From positions 1 to 29,563 of IMG/VR virus record IMGVR_UViG_3300043220_000103: a stretch of DNA of 29,563 bases; one strand, 5' to 3'. How positions within the stretch are numbered: position 1 is the stretch's first letter; every line of letters begins with the position of its first letter. The notes under the pieces are model-generated. The model worked only from the letters and a program-made list of their open reading frames with translations. It was not told the DNA's origin and made no database searches. Made by a program: the position numbers and the translations under genes. Shown in pieces: positions 18,824-26,763 of the stretch. Source of the stretch: a virus (lineage: Duplodnaviria; Caudoviricetes).

Positions 18824-18980
18824 TGGGGGCTTTTCCCTTCCTGGGGATCATGGCCTCGCAGAAGAGCCCGATGCGAGGACCGGCTTCCGTCACTGTGATG
18901 GCGAGGAACCTGCATTGAATGGGCAGCGGTGGACCGCTCAGTTGAAAGATCAATCCAAGGGTAAAGATCAGCTCGTCCAT
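18759..18980 (-). CDS. Hypothetical protein
   Basis: Strong GGAGG RBS before the ATG; overlaps the next gene by 65 nt. Confidence 0.55.
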   Translation of the reverse strand: MDELIFTLGLIFQLSGPPLPIQCRFLAITVTEAGPRIGLFCEAMIPRKGKAPNEKDDDVRDDLRAKFILRLDD

Positions 18981-19011
18981 GATGGTACCTCCGATGTCGG
19001 GGGCTACGCTA

Positions 19012-19404
19012 TCACTTCTTGGCTTTGAACGACCGCCGGCCGAAGAGTCGCACGCCTATGTAGGCGATATACGCACGCCGCGGGGTGACGCCGGCTTCTG
19101 ACATCAGGCTGTGGAAGAGGAGGTCTGCTTCCTTGCGCTTGAAGATGTGATCGGGGAACACGTCGTGTTCGGGCTTCAACTGCCCGCCGGTCCGATAGAG
19201 CGCATCATGAATCAGCGCCGCCGCGCGCAGCAGACCGTCTGGCGTCAGGCCGCAAAGCGCCCACACGAATCGAGGCACGCTCGCGCCGTCATGGATGAAT
19301 CCTTGGCGAATGACGAACTTGTATCCGCCGTGCTTGATGTGATATGTATCGTGCAGCTTGTACTCGCCCCGCGCGATCGGTCGAATGTCCGGCTGGGGAA
19401 TCAT
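19012..19404 (-). CDS. DUF1353 family protein
   Basis: Start MIPQPD (ATGA overlap). Motifs GFIHDGASVPR, AALIHDALY, R.EAD.LF...M and Y.GVRLFG. Confidence 0.85.
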   Translation of the reverse strand: MIPQPDIRPIARGEYKLHDTYHIKHGGYKFVIRQGFIHDGASVPRFVWALCGLTPDGLLRAAALIHDALYRTGGQLKPEHDVFPDHIFKRKEADLLFHSLMSEAGVTPRRAYIAYIGVRLFGRRSFKAKK

Positions 19405-19607
19405 GTTCCACCTCCCGGGAAAAACGATTTGACAAACACGACGAGCGCGCCACCAAATAGGCCACCAGCGCCACTGATGCCTGCTGCCTTCCGGTCTGAC
19501 CGGTCCATGCGCTTCTCGTGCTGCTTCGTCCGCTCGTCGATCGCAGCCAGGGTCTTGCCCTGCTCGACCTGCTCGTCGTGGATCTGCTGCAGAATCACTT
19601 CGCTCAT
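19401..19607 (-). CDS. Small coiled-coil protein with a C-terminal TM segment (holin/XhlA-like)
   Basis: LAAIDERTK coiled coil and hydrophobic GGLFGGALVVFV; ATGA coupling on both sides. Confidence 0.6.
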   Translation of the reverse strand: MSEVILQQIHDEQVEQGKTLAAIDERTKQHEKRMDRSDRKAAGISGAGGLFGGALVVFVKSFFPGGGT

Positions 19608-20011
19608 GGTGACGAAAGCCTCTCGATGTAGCCGGCCGCTTCGCTCGAGCCGCCAAGCGACCCGGACGGCGCACGGCCACGGTGGTTGGCGCTGTCGTCT
19701 TTCTGCCTCGTGGGTTTCGGTGCTTCGCGATCGAGAAGCTGCCCCTGCATCTTGGTATCCCCCGACACCGCGGCGACATGGATGAGCCAGCAGTTCAACT
19801 CACGCACGGTATCGAACGTCTGAATCTCTTCGACCTCGAGCCCGAGCCCGCGCGCGGCGAGCTTGTAGTGCAGCGGCGTGGGCATCTGTTCCCCAGCTTT
19901 GCGGAGGGACTTCGCGAACAGGTCCGGTCCTTTGGGCCGCCCGGGGCCGCCCGGCCCGCCCTTGACGAACTGGCCGTTGCCATTGCGACTGGAGCTGAAC
20001 GGATCCGACAT
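19604..20011 (-). CDS. terS: Probable terminase small subunit (DUF5681-like N-terminus)
   Basis: Start MSDPF (TGATG). GQFVKGGPGGPGRPKG motif and A..GD.K....LLDR; about 1 kb upstream of TerL. Confidence 0.7.
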   Translation of the reverse strand: MSDPFSSSRNGNGQFVKGGPGGPGRPKGPDLFAKSLRKAGEQMPTPLHYKLAARGLGLEVEEIQTFDTVRELNCWLIHVAAVSGDTKMQGQLLDREAPKPTRQKDDSANHRGRAPSGSLGGSSEAAGYIERLSSP

Positions 20012-20289
20012 CAGTCGAAGGCGCCCGTGAACATCGCGTCCGAGATCAACTCGAAATCTGACATCAGTCGCCAGACCGCGACCAACTCCTCGTCCTTCCA
20101 CTCTTCGATCACCCACCTCGACGGGTCGTAGGCCGGGTCCATGGCGGTCGGGTTTTTGTCGTCTTGGAACCACGCGCGCAGGCGGCTTTCGGCGATCTCG
20201 AGGGCGGGGTATTCGGCGATCGTCGCCCAGGCGTCCGGGTTGTCCGCCAACCGAGGCCGCATGAGCTTCTGCACGCGGAATTCAGACAT
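20011..20289 (-). CDS. Hypothetical protein
   Basis: 92 aa, TGATG-coupled to both neighbours. Confidence 0.75.
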   Translation of the reverse strand: MSEFRVQKLMRPRLADNPDAWATIAEYPALEIAESRLRAWFQDDKNPTAMDPAYDPSRWVIEEWKDEELVAVWRLMSDFELISDAMFTGAFD

Positions 20290-20585
20290 CAGGTGAGCCC
20301 GAGGTCTCCGGGAATGCTTGCGGCGTTCGCTTCCTCGAAGGTGAATTCGTTGGTGCGCGCCCCGACATCGTCGCCCGGGCTCACGTTCAGCACCTCGACG
20401 ATATCAGCCGCGCCGTCCGTCAGAAGCGTGGTCGCGATTTCGATGCCAGCGATCCACGCGTTGAAGTCACTCGGCGCGAGATTGGCCTGAAAGGCGACCA
20501 CAGGCACGTTGCCCCCGATGCCGGCGCGCCGGAATGCGCGCTCTGGGCGCCGGTACCTCGCGTGCCGAGTTCGAATTGCTCCCAT
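20289..20585 (-). CDS. Hypothetical protein
   Basis: GGAGG RBS, 98 aa, Arg-rich N-terminus. Confidence 0.75.
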   Translation of the reverse strand: MGAIRTRHARYRRPERAFRRAGIGGNVPVVAFQANLAPSDFNAWIAGIEIATTLLTDGAADIVEVLNVSPGDDVGARTNEFTFEEANAASIPGDLGLT

Positions 20586-20627
20586 GGTATTTCCTCCGTT
20601 GCGGCTATTTCCTAGCCCATGAAATTG

Positions 20628-21017
20628 TTATTCGCCGGGATCGACGATGAGAACCAAAGGCGCGCCGGGCGCTGCGAAGCCGACGCGATATCTGTTGTCT
20701 GCCGCGAGCGAGATGCTCCCGGTGCAGAGTGGGCCTGACCAGGCGAAACCTTCCAGCAGCACTTCGGACCCCAGGTTCACGATCGGGTCTGTGGTGCCCA
20801 CGATCAGCTCATCATTCGCCACCGGCACGCAGAACACGGCCTCGCCTGTGCCGACGATCTTGAGCCCGATGCTGGCAGTGAACATCGCGTCGGGCGCTCT
20901 CGGCGCCGCCTGCATCTTCACGCGAATCGCCCCGCTCAGGATCGGGCGATCGAAGTCGATGGCCGACGCAGGCGCGGCGAACATCAAGGCAAAGATCAGA
21001 ATAACGAGGTTTCGCAT
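20628..21017 (-). CDS. Secreted beta-rich protein with signal peptide
   Basis: Start MRNLVILIFALMFAAPASA (Sec signal, ASA cleavage site) after an AAGGA RBS; two Cys. Confidence 0.75.
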   Translation of the reverse strand: MRNLVILIFALMFAAPASAIDFDRPILSGAIRVKMQAAPRAPDAMFTASIGLKIVGTGEAVFCVPVANDELIVGTTDPIVNLGSEVLLEGFAWSGPLCTGSISLAADNRYRVGFAAPGAPLVLIVDPGE

Positions 21018-21028
21018 GGTTTCCTTTC

Positions 21029-21172
21029 CTACCCGCGGCGCGCCGCCTCGCGGCGGGCCTTTCGGGCTTTGTTCTTCTCGCGCCGTCCCTCGACGCGGTA
21101 ACGTGTACACTTCGCCGCGTCGCGTCCGTACTTGCGACCCGTCTTGGAACCCTTCGGTTTCTTGCTGGCCAT
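21029..21172 (-). CDS. Small highly basic protein (47 aa)
   Basis: Below the ORF-track cutoff. GGAG RBS; MASKKPKGSKTGRKYGRDAAKCTRYRVEGRREKNKARKARREAARRG. Confidence 0.7.
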   Translation of the reverse strand: MASKKPKGSKTGRKYGRDAAKCTRYRVEGRREKNKARKARREAARRG

Positions 21173-21199
21173 GACACTCTCCGGCCCCGTTCAATGGGG

Positions 21200-21481
21200 C
21201 TACTGAATTGTCATGTCACCTCCTTTCGGGGAGTACTTGTTGCCCTGCTCGTCTACGAGCTGCGTGATGCTGCGCACCGCCACCGTTGGGATGGTCATCA
21301 CGCCATAGCACTCATCAGTATCGATGCTGATGTGGGGCATGATCACCTTGGATTTTTCATCGTCGTGGACGAGCCAGCCGACTGAATACACCACCGAGTT
21401 CTCGGGGTCAAAAGCGTTGATGTTCACCCAGCCCTTGCCGTTCGAGTGCGAATCGATCCACTCGATGAGGACGAGCTTCAT
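21200..21481 (-). CDS. Conserved phage hypothetical protein (WxDS...GW type)
   Basis: MKLVLIEWIDSHSNGKGW...SVGWLV...IP; ATGA overlap with the upstream gene. Confidence 0.75.
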   Translation of the reverse strand: MKLVLIEWIDSHSNGKGWVNINAFDPENSVVYSVGWLVHDDEKSKVIMPHISIDTDECYGVMTIPTVAVRSITQLVDEQGNKYSPKGGDMTIQ

Positions 21482-21663
21482 TGTGCCACGGCCCAAACTG
21501 TTACGGCTAGGAGGCATAAAACAAAGAACGTCCAGAGCGGATCAGGCGGCGATGGCCGCCTCGCGCACTCCGAAAGAGACGACGGCGCAGCACTTCGTTC
21601 CGAGGACGCGCTTCCCCGTCTCGGGGTCGATGGGTCCGCCAGGGCAATTGGCTGCGTGGACAT
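21478..21663 (-). CDS. Small membrane protein
   Basis: C-terminal TM LWTFFVLCLLAVTVWAVA; fills the gap between coupled genes. Confidence 0.55.
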   Translation of the reverse strand: MSTQPIALADPSTPRRGSASSERSAAPSSLSECARRPSPPDPLWTFFVLCLLAVTVWAVAQ

Positions 21664-21666
21664 GAA

Positions 21667-22635
21667 CTATTCCACCGCCGTCGAGGGCGCACTCCCAGAA
21701 GGCTCGCTCGATTGCAGCTCGGCGTGAATCGGATGTTCCCCGAACCTCACCCACACTGGAATCGGCCGGGCTTCCCCGTTCACCATGCATGTCACGACCC
21801 CCGAGGCCATCTCGCGGCAGTCGGCCACGTTGACGACGATGTTGATGCCCATGACCGGGCCCGGCGCTTCGCTTCCTTCGAACTCGAAATGCGTGCCCTC
21901 GGGCGAACCGTCGCCGGACACGATCACGATCCGCTTGCCGGTGCGCGGAGGATGCCGGCGAATGCTGTGAAACGTCCTGTACTTCGGCGAGGTGAGCTGC
22001 GCCGGAACACCGGAGCGCAGATCGATCGGCTTGATCTTGCTGGGCACTCCGCTAACGTCGAGCGGAGTCGCCTTGCCGACGACCAGCGGGCCGTCCGGAT
22101 CGACGACCAGCGGCTGGAGATCTCCAGGGTCGACGTCGCCCAGGCGCGCCGGGAGGTCGTTCGCCTCGCGGTACTCGTCCTCTTCCGCGGGCGTCATGCC
22201 GGCGCGGTGTTTCTTGGTGCGCGCCAGGCTGATGATCTGATCGGCCGTGGGGATCGGGCTCGAGATCGTCGTCCTGGACCCGGCGAACGGGTCGGGGAAA
22301 TCGGACTTGGGCACGATCGTCACGGGCCCCGAGAAACTCGGCAACTTGCTGTCTCCCAGAAGATCGGCCACAGGATCGGCCAACAGCTTGGCCGCCTCGC
22401 CGCCATGGCCCTCCAGGGCCGCCATTCGCTCTTCGACGCCCTGGTAGACCTCGCGCATGATCGCCGCGTCTTCGGCGCGGTCGCGCACGGGCGGCCCGAG
22501 CTGGTCAGCGATGTCGAGGTCCAGCTGCCGGGCCTGCGCCTTCGTGGAGGGCTCGAGCGCCTCGCGCTGCGCGTCTGTCAGGTTCAAGAGCGCAGCGATC
22601 ACTGCGGGGTCGCACGAGTCGTCGTATCCGGGCAT
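21667..22635 (-). CDS. Hypothetical protein
   Basis: 322 aa, AGGAG RBS, co-oriented with the operon. Confidence 0.7.
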   Translation of the reverse strand: MPGYDDSCDPAVIAALLNLTDAQREALEPSTKAQARQLDLDIADQLGPPVRDRAEDAAIMREVYQGVEERMAALEGHGGEAAKLLADPVADLLGDSKLPSFSGPVTIVPKSDFPDPFAGSRTTISSPIPTADQIISLARTKKHRAGMTPAEEDEYREANDLPARLGDVDPGDLQPLVVDPDGPLVVGKATPLDVSGVPSKIKPIDLRSGVPAQLTSPKYRTFHSIRRHPPRTGKRIVIVSGDGSPEGTHFEFEGSEAPGPVMGINIVVNVADCREMASGVVTCMVNGEARPIPVWVRFGEHPIHAELQSSEPSGSAPSTAVE

Positions 22636-22647
22636 CGGGGGTTGCTC

Positions 22648-23067
22648 CTAGCGTTTGGGTGAGCCGTTCACTTCCATGGCCGCGACGGCGAGCGCCGCTA
22701 CCTTCCTGATCGCGTGCATCGCGAGTATCTCGCCGTGCGGATCCGTGGCCGCGATATGGCGCGCATTGGCGATGTACTCCTCCATGAAGAGGATCCACTC
22801 GGCCGGCGAATGCTCGCGGTCGTGACCGCCGCCCCACAGAGAATCCTGGTAGTCGCGCTCGCTGTTGATCGCGTCGAACGCGGCGCGGCGCGGCGCCAGC
22901 TCTAGGGTGCGCGACAGGTGGGCGAACCTGGGATTCTCCAGGTTTGCGGTCTCGGCCGGGCGGGCCATTGACGTGCGGACGCGATCGGCTGCCTTCGAAA
23001 GGTCTGCGAGCGCTGCTTGCTGCTCCTGATCCAGCTCGACTTTGACTTTCACGGTGTTTCCGGCCAT
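22648..23067 (-). CDS. MazG-like all-alpha NTP pyrophosphohydrolase-like protein
   Basis: AI.SER.YQD..WG...D..HSPAEW...MEEY...RKVAALAVAAME; GGAG RBS. Confidence 0.6.
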   Translation of the reverse strand: MAGNTVKVKVELDQEQQAALADLSKAADRVRTSMARPAETANLENPRFAHLSRTLELAPRRAAFDAINSERDYQDSLWGGGHDREHSPAEWILFMEEYIANARHIAATDPHGEILAMHAIRKVAALAVAAMEVNGSPKR

Positions 23068-23146
23068 TGGGGGCTCCAAGGTATATGGGGGTAGGCCTCG
23101 CGTCGCTCAGTGCGATCTGGCGGGGCAAAAGCTCCGAGTTCCTCGG

Positions 23147-23174
23147 TATATAGCACGCCCCCGGCGGGGCGCAA
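23147..23174 (-). promoter_or_regulatory. Sigma70-like promoter for the packaging/structural operon
   Basis: TTGCGC-N16-TATATA with an extended TG, about 80 nt upstream of the first operon gene. Confidence 0.5.
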
Positions 23175-23390
23175 GGGGGAGGCTGCGCGCCTCGCACCTG
23201 GATTTTGGGACGCCCCATGTGACCCTGGGGAAATATGTCGACAGTTTCGTCCAATTGCCGACATTTTCAGTGATAATCCGCCAAATCTGACTACTTGAGG
23301 GTAAGAAATCACCGAAATACTTCGCTTTTCGTATAACTTTTCGGCCGTTTCCCTGGGGGCGCGGCGTGTCAAAAATTTTCAAAAAATTCG

Positions 23391-23529
23391 GTGCTGTAAG
23401 CCCTTGGTTCTGCTCAGCAAAAGTGGTCATGGTGTCCGGAAATGTACGAAACGTACAAAACGTACGTTTTGTACATCCTGAGGGGAAAGACGGAAGAACT
23501 CAGTGCTGTAAGTCCTTGTTTCCGTTCAG
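23391..23529. repeat. Two 27-bp direct repeats flanking a 22-bp perfect palindrome
   Basis: GTGCTGTAAGCCCTTGGTTCTGCTCAG (23391) and GTGCTGTAAGTCCTTGTTTCCGTTCAG (23503); palindrome GTACAAAACGTACGTTTTGTAC at 23453-23474. Confidence 0.85.
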
Positions 23530-24007
23530 TAATAGTGCCCCACTGGGCATGCTCCTCGATCGAGGCGCCAGTTCGTCCCCTGAGGGGAGGGTTCGAAAAA
23601 CCAAATAGGCTTTTCGGCTGAGTAACCTGCGCAACCCGCCGGCAAGTTTAGAAGGCCTGCTTGCTCATGCACCGGCAACTTGCCTATGCGCTAACATGCA
23701 ACTTCGCGCGTAACTTTCTTGCGCATGAGCTGCATGACACACCGCATCATGCTCAGCAGCAGGCAACTCGCGCGGGGCGTCCACTTTTTCCTACTTGCAC
23801 TCTGCTGATGGGGTCCATCAGGAGGCGGCAACTTGACGGGCCGGGCTCGGCGTACGGTATGACGCAAAAGATGAGCAGCTCATGCGCAACTCGCCCCCTC
23901 GTCCGACCACGACACGCCCCGATACCCTACCCTCGGGGAACCCCTATCGCGGGCGCCCCCACGACGTCACATCTCGAGCGTATCAGCTGCCCCGCTACTA
24001 CCCTACC

Positions 24008-24044
24008 AGAGACAGAAACGCCCGCAGAGCGCACTCTGCGGGCG
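24008..24044 (-). terminator. Intrinsic terminator
   Basis: CGCCCGCAGAG-TGCG-CTCTGCGGGCG-TTTCTGTCTCT. Confidence 0.7.
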
Positions 24045-24127
24045 ATTAGGGCCTATTCTCTGGTCTGCTGGTTATCGCACGGGGAACCCCCTCGAGACGT
24101 TGCGCGGCGGGGGATTTCCCATTGTGC
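24010..24127 (-). ncRNA. Candidate ~115-nt small RNA
   Basis: Lies between a near-consensus sigma70 promoter and a terminator. The 5' half folds as GCAC-AAT-GGGAA-AT-CCCCC...GGGGG-TTCCC-C-GTGC. Confidence 0.5.
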
Positions 24128-24131
24128 CCAC

Positions 24132-24160
24132 TCTATACCCCATCTGTCCGCAACTGTCAA
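24132..24160 (-). promoter_or_regulatory. Sigma70 promoter
   Basis: TTGACA-N17-TATAGA. Confidence 0.75.
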
Positions 24161-24195
24161 CCCCTAGCGCGCAACTATCTCGCCCGCTCACGCAG

Positions 24196-24507
24196 GACCA
24201 TGGTCTAAATCAGGGCTGCATATATGCTTTTTCTATTTGACCACGGTGTCCAGGGGAGACCGTGACCAGGAATTCTCCAGGGTCGGCGCGAGGTTACGAG
24301 ACACTTTGCACCCCTGACCATGGTCTCCTCAGAATTCTGCAGAGTCGAGTCTCGTGGGGCGCCCTACGTATATAGGCCCCCTATTCTACTACTACCTAAA
24401 ACCCTAGAAAGACTATGGCACCCTGGACAGAATCCCCTAACTACCCGTCCCAATTGAGGAAAAGCCTGACCATACCTTGGCCAGGGTCTCCCGATTAGAC
24501 CATGGTC
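24196..24507. repeat. Iteron-like GACCATGGTC palindromes with AT-rich spacers (origin-like)
   Basis: Perfect copies at 24196, 24316 and 24498; variants at 24239, 24411 and 24468; CCAGGG/CCCTGG repeats nearby. Confidence 0.65.
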
Positions 24508-24520
24508 ACGCGCCGGCGCG

Positions 24521-24794
24521 CCCCGCTCGAGGCCCGGCCCGGCGCCGAAACGACCGAGAATCTCGGAAAACGCGCCCCGCCCGGCCCGGCCCCGCGCGCG
24601 ATCGGGCGGCGCGGGGAACTCCGATCGGTCGCCTTGACCATACCCGCCCCACTCGAGGCCCGATCGCGCCCCGCGGTCCGCCCGCCCCGCGGTCCGGACG
24701 TCGCGGGGCCCGGCCCACTCGAGGCCCGGCCCGGCGCATGGCCCGGCGCGGACGTCGCGCGATCAGGGAGCCCCACTCGAGGGCCCGGCGCATG
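24521..24794. repeat. Very GC-rich repeat tract, CCC(A/G)CTCGAGG(G)CCCG x4
   Basis: Copies at about 24521, 24647, 24714 and 24771, with GGCCCGGCGC and GGACGTCGCG sub-repeats. Confidence 0.8.
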
Positions 24795-24901
24795 AGCTGC
24801 AATGGATCCCGCACACGGGGCGGGCGCGGGCGGCGCGGGTGAGAATGCAGGGAGCCACGCGCGGGCGGCGCATGGCTCAACCTGAGGGCGCGCGGGGCCC
24901 C

Positions 24902-25366
24902 TCAGAACGGGAAGCGCTCCGCCCGCGCCCGCGCCGCGTCGAAACCTTCGACCGTATCCAGATTGCACCGATTCCCGCCGCCTAGGATCCATACGCGCCA
25001 CGAACTCCGGCCCACGGGTTCCAGGTGAAACGCAGCGAAACCTCCGCGGCGCCCGATCGCGATATCCTCGTCCGCTATGATTTCCCACGATAGGACGTCC
25101 GGCGCGATCGGGTCGGCGAATAGCGCCGGGACGTGAAAGCATTTCCCGAATAATTCCACATTGTACGCGTACGGGAGACCGCCCGCCCCGCGCCATACGT
25201 GCGAGGCCTCGACCCGATGCCCCTCAAATATCTCGAGGGCGTCGAGGTACTCCGCGCGCGGCGCGCACGAATGCCGAGAAACTACGTGATAGGCTGTGAT
25301 GCGGGATCGCAGGTTTTCCCCGAGTCGAATCGGGGTGGTTTCGCTGTCTAGTGACGGATGGCGCAT
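24902..25366 (-). CDS. Hypothetical early protein
   Basis: 154 aa; leader AACAGGGAGAGACACCATG is shared with the other cassette genes. Confidence 0.75.
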   Translation of the reverse strand: MRHPSLDSETTPIRLGENLRSRITAYHVVSRHSCAPRAEYLDALEIFEGHRVEASHVWRGAGGLPYAYNVELFGKCFHVPALFADPIAPDVLSWEIIADEDIAIGRRGGFAAFHLEPVGRSSWRVWILGGGNRCNLDTVEGFDAARARAERFPF

Positions 25367-25424
25367 GGTGTCTCTCCCTGTTGGAAAAAGTAGGGTGTTT
25401 TTCTGACAAAACCCCTGGGGATTC

Positions 25425-25781
25425 CTAGCGCCCGATCAATTCGCGGGCGCGCATCACCGCGGCGCCGATGGTAGTTCGGCTGTCGAGAACCTCGCCCCGC
25501 GCGATGACTCGCCAGCGGCCGCCCTCGAGAGGTTCACCGATGCGCCACCCGTCGGGGAGCGCTCGCGACGTTTCGCGCGCAGTCTCCTGCGGACTCGGGA
25601 GCGGCTGCGGATAGTCGCACCATGGCTCCCACAGCCAACGGCGCCCGCACGCGTCGCATGATTCGATAGACTCGCCCGCAATGGTACCGCGTTCGCTTGT
25701 GGTTACATGTCCGAGGTCTCGAGAGTGTGCCAGATATTCCGTACGCCATCGGGCGCGCAATTGCAGTGACGTTTCGGCCAT
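25425..25781 (-). CDS. Hypothetical protein (CxxC)
   Basis: ATG at 25781 after GAGG, 2 nt after the upstream stop. Confidence 0.65.
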   Translation of the reverse strand: MAETSLQLRARWRTEYLAHSRDLGHVTTSERGTIAGESIESCDACGRRWLWEPWCDYPQPLPSPQETARETSRALPDGWRIGEPLEGGRWRVIARGEVLDSRTTIGAAVMRARELIGR

Positions 25782-25783
25782 GG

Positions 25784-25876
25784 TCAAACGTTCCTCGAAA
25801 TCACTTCGATGACGATGGCGAGAATCGCGACATATGAGATCATGAGGATTGAGCGGTTTCGGAGTTCGTTTCCCAT
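25784..25876 (-). CDS. 30-aa single-TM peptide
   Basis: Below the ORF-track cutoff. MGNELRNRSILMISYVAILAIVIEVISRNV directly follows the cassette promoter and AGGGAG RBS. Confidence 0.65.
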   Translation of the reverse strand: MGNELRNRSILMISYVAILAIVIEVISRNV

Positions 25877-25902
25877 TTTGTTTCTCCCTGTTGATATCTT
25901 AC

Positions 25903-25929
25903 GTATCGGCCACGTCTCCCGAACCTTAA
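25903..25929 (-). promoter_or_regulatory. Sigma28 (FliA/SigD)-like promoter
   Basis: TTAA-N15-GCCGATAC. Confidence 0.7.
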
Positions 25930-25930
25930 C

Positions 25931-25971
25931 AGAAAAACGCGATCAATCGAAAATAAATTCGATTGATCGCG
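25931..25971 (-). terminator. Intrinsic terminator in element A
   Basis: Perfect 14-bp stem CGCGATCAATCGAA/TTCGATTGATCGCG followed by TTTTTCT. Confidence 0.8.
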
Positions 25972-26011
25972 CGCTAGCAACAGATAGGCAAAATAGATCC
26001 CCGAGGGAAGG

Positions 26012-26707
26012 TTAATCGATTGGGCACGCCCCCGCACACTCGCTAGCGGTGGGCGCGGTATCTGATAGGGTCAAGCGAAATCGTCGCGCAGTATCGGCTA
26101 TTCGATTCTGTAGTCTCTGCGCGCGTGCCTCGCAAAATTCCCTAACGCGCGTCGCGAGAATTTCCCGCGCGGCTTTGAGGCCCTCGGGACTCTGCGCGTA
26201 TTGTTCCCAGATGACACCCGCGGGAGGCTCCACTTCGATTCGACGAAATAGCGGCGCGGTGTCGTCATCATTAGTTGCGGCGATATGGTCCCGAAATACG
26301 TCAAGCGCAGTGCGACCCGCTCGCGCGAATTGCCCATATTTATCGAATTCCCACTGTGAAATTCCCGCGACGAATTCAGCCCAGTATACCGCGTTCGCTA
26401 CATAGTGCATTGGCTCCGCCGGAGTGCTGAGATGAAACGAGATCAACTCGGACAATTCAGGGAACGCGGTCGCAATTTCATCATGCATGCAACCCCCTGC
26501 TACATCGCGCCCGCGTTCGTATGCGGTAGCGGTCACGCTGATATATGGCCCGGAATTCCCCTTCATTCGATGCGAGGAAAATTTCACCTCAATACTGCAG
26601 CCCTTGTAATCGCCGCTACTGAGCTGTACGTGTTTTGAAATCCAGCCGCGTTCCCAATTGTCCGCGGTTCCCTTTGCGAAGTATCGCCCGAAAATCCTGC
26701 TATCCAC
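26012..26707 (-). CDS. Hypothetical early protein
   Basis: 231 aa, GTG start behind element B; contains GGCMHDEI...FPEL..LI.FHL....PMHYVANAVYWA. Confidence 0.8.
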   Translation of the reverse strand: MDSRIFGRYFAKGTADNWERGWISKHVQLSSGDYKGCSIEVKFSSHRMKGNSGPYISVTATAYERGRDVAGGCMHDEIATAFPELSELISFHLSTPAEPMHYVANAVYWAEFVAGISQWEFDKYGQFARAGRTALDVFRDHIAATNDDDTAPLFRRIEVEPPAGVIWEQYAQSPEGLKAAREILATRVREFCEARAQRLQNRIADTARRFRLTLSDTAPTASECAGACPID

Positions 26708-26733
26708 GGTTTGTCTCCCTGTTGATATCTTAC

Positions 26734-26760
26734 GTATCGGTCACGCTTCCCGGACCTTAA
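26734..26760 (-). promoter_or_regulatory. Sigma28-like promoter
   Basis: TTAA-N15-ACCGATAC. Confidence 0.65.
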
Positions 26761-26763
26761 CAG

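Larger units (their letters stand above)
23675..24176 (+). repeat. Cluster of co-oriented GCAACT motifs
   Basis: Exact copies at 23675, 23698, 23763, 23828, 23886, 24150 and 24171. Confidence 0.65.
25883..25995 (-). repeat. Terminator-promoter-RBS element, copy A
   Basis: Near-identical to 26714-26829. Confidence 0.95.

Noticed and set aside
23340-23372. TTGACA at 23367-23372 (minus) as a promoter
   Set aside because: No plausible -10 hexamer at 16-18 nt spacing.
24477-25196. Arg/Pro/Gly-rich ORFs across the GC-rich repeats
   Set aside because: They are open in several frames only because stops are scarce at extreme GC; composition is low-complexity and no RBS was seen.
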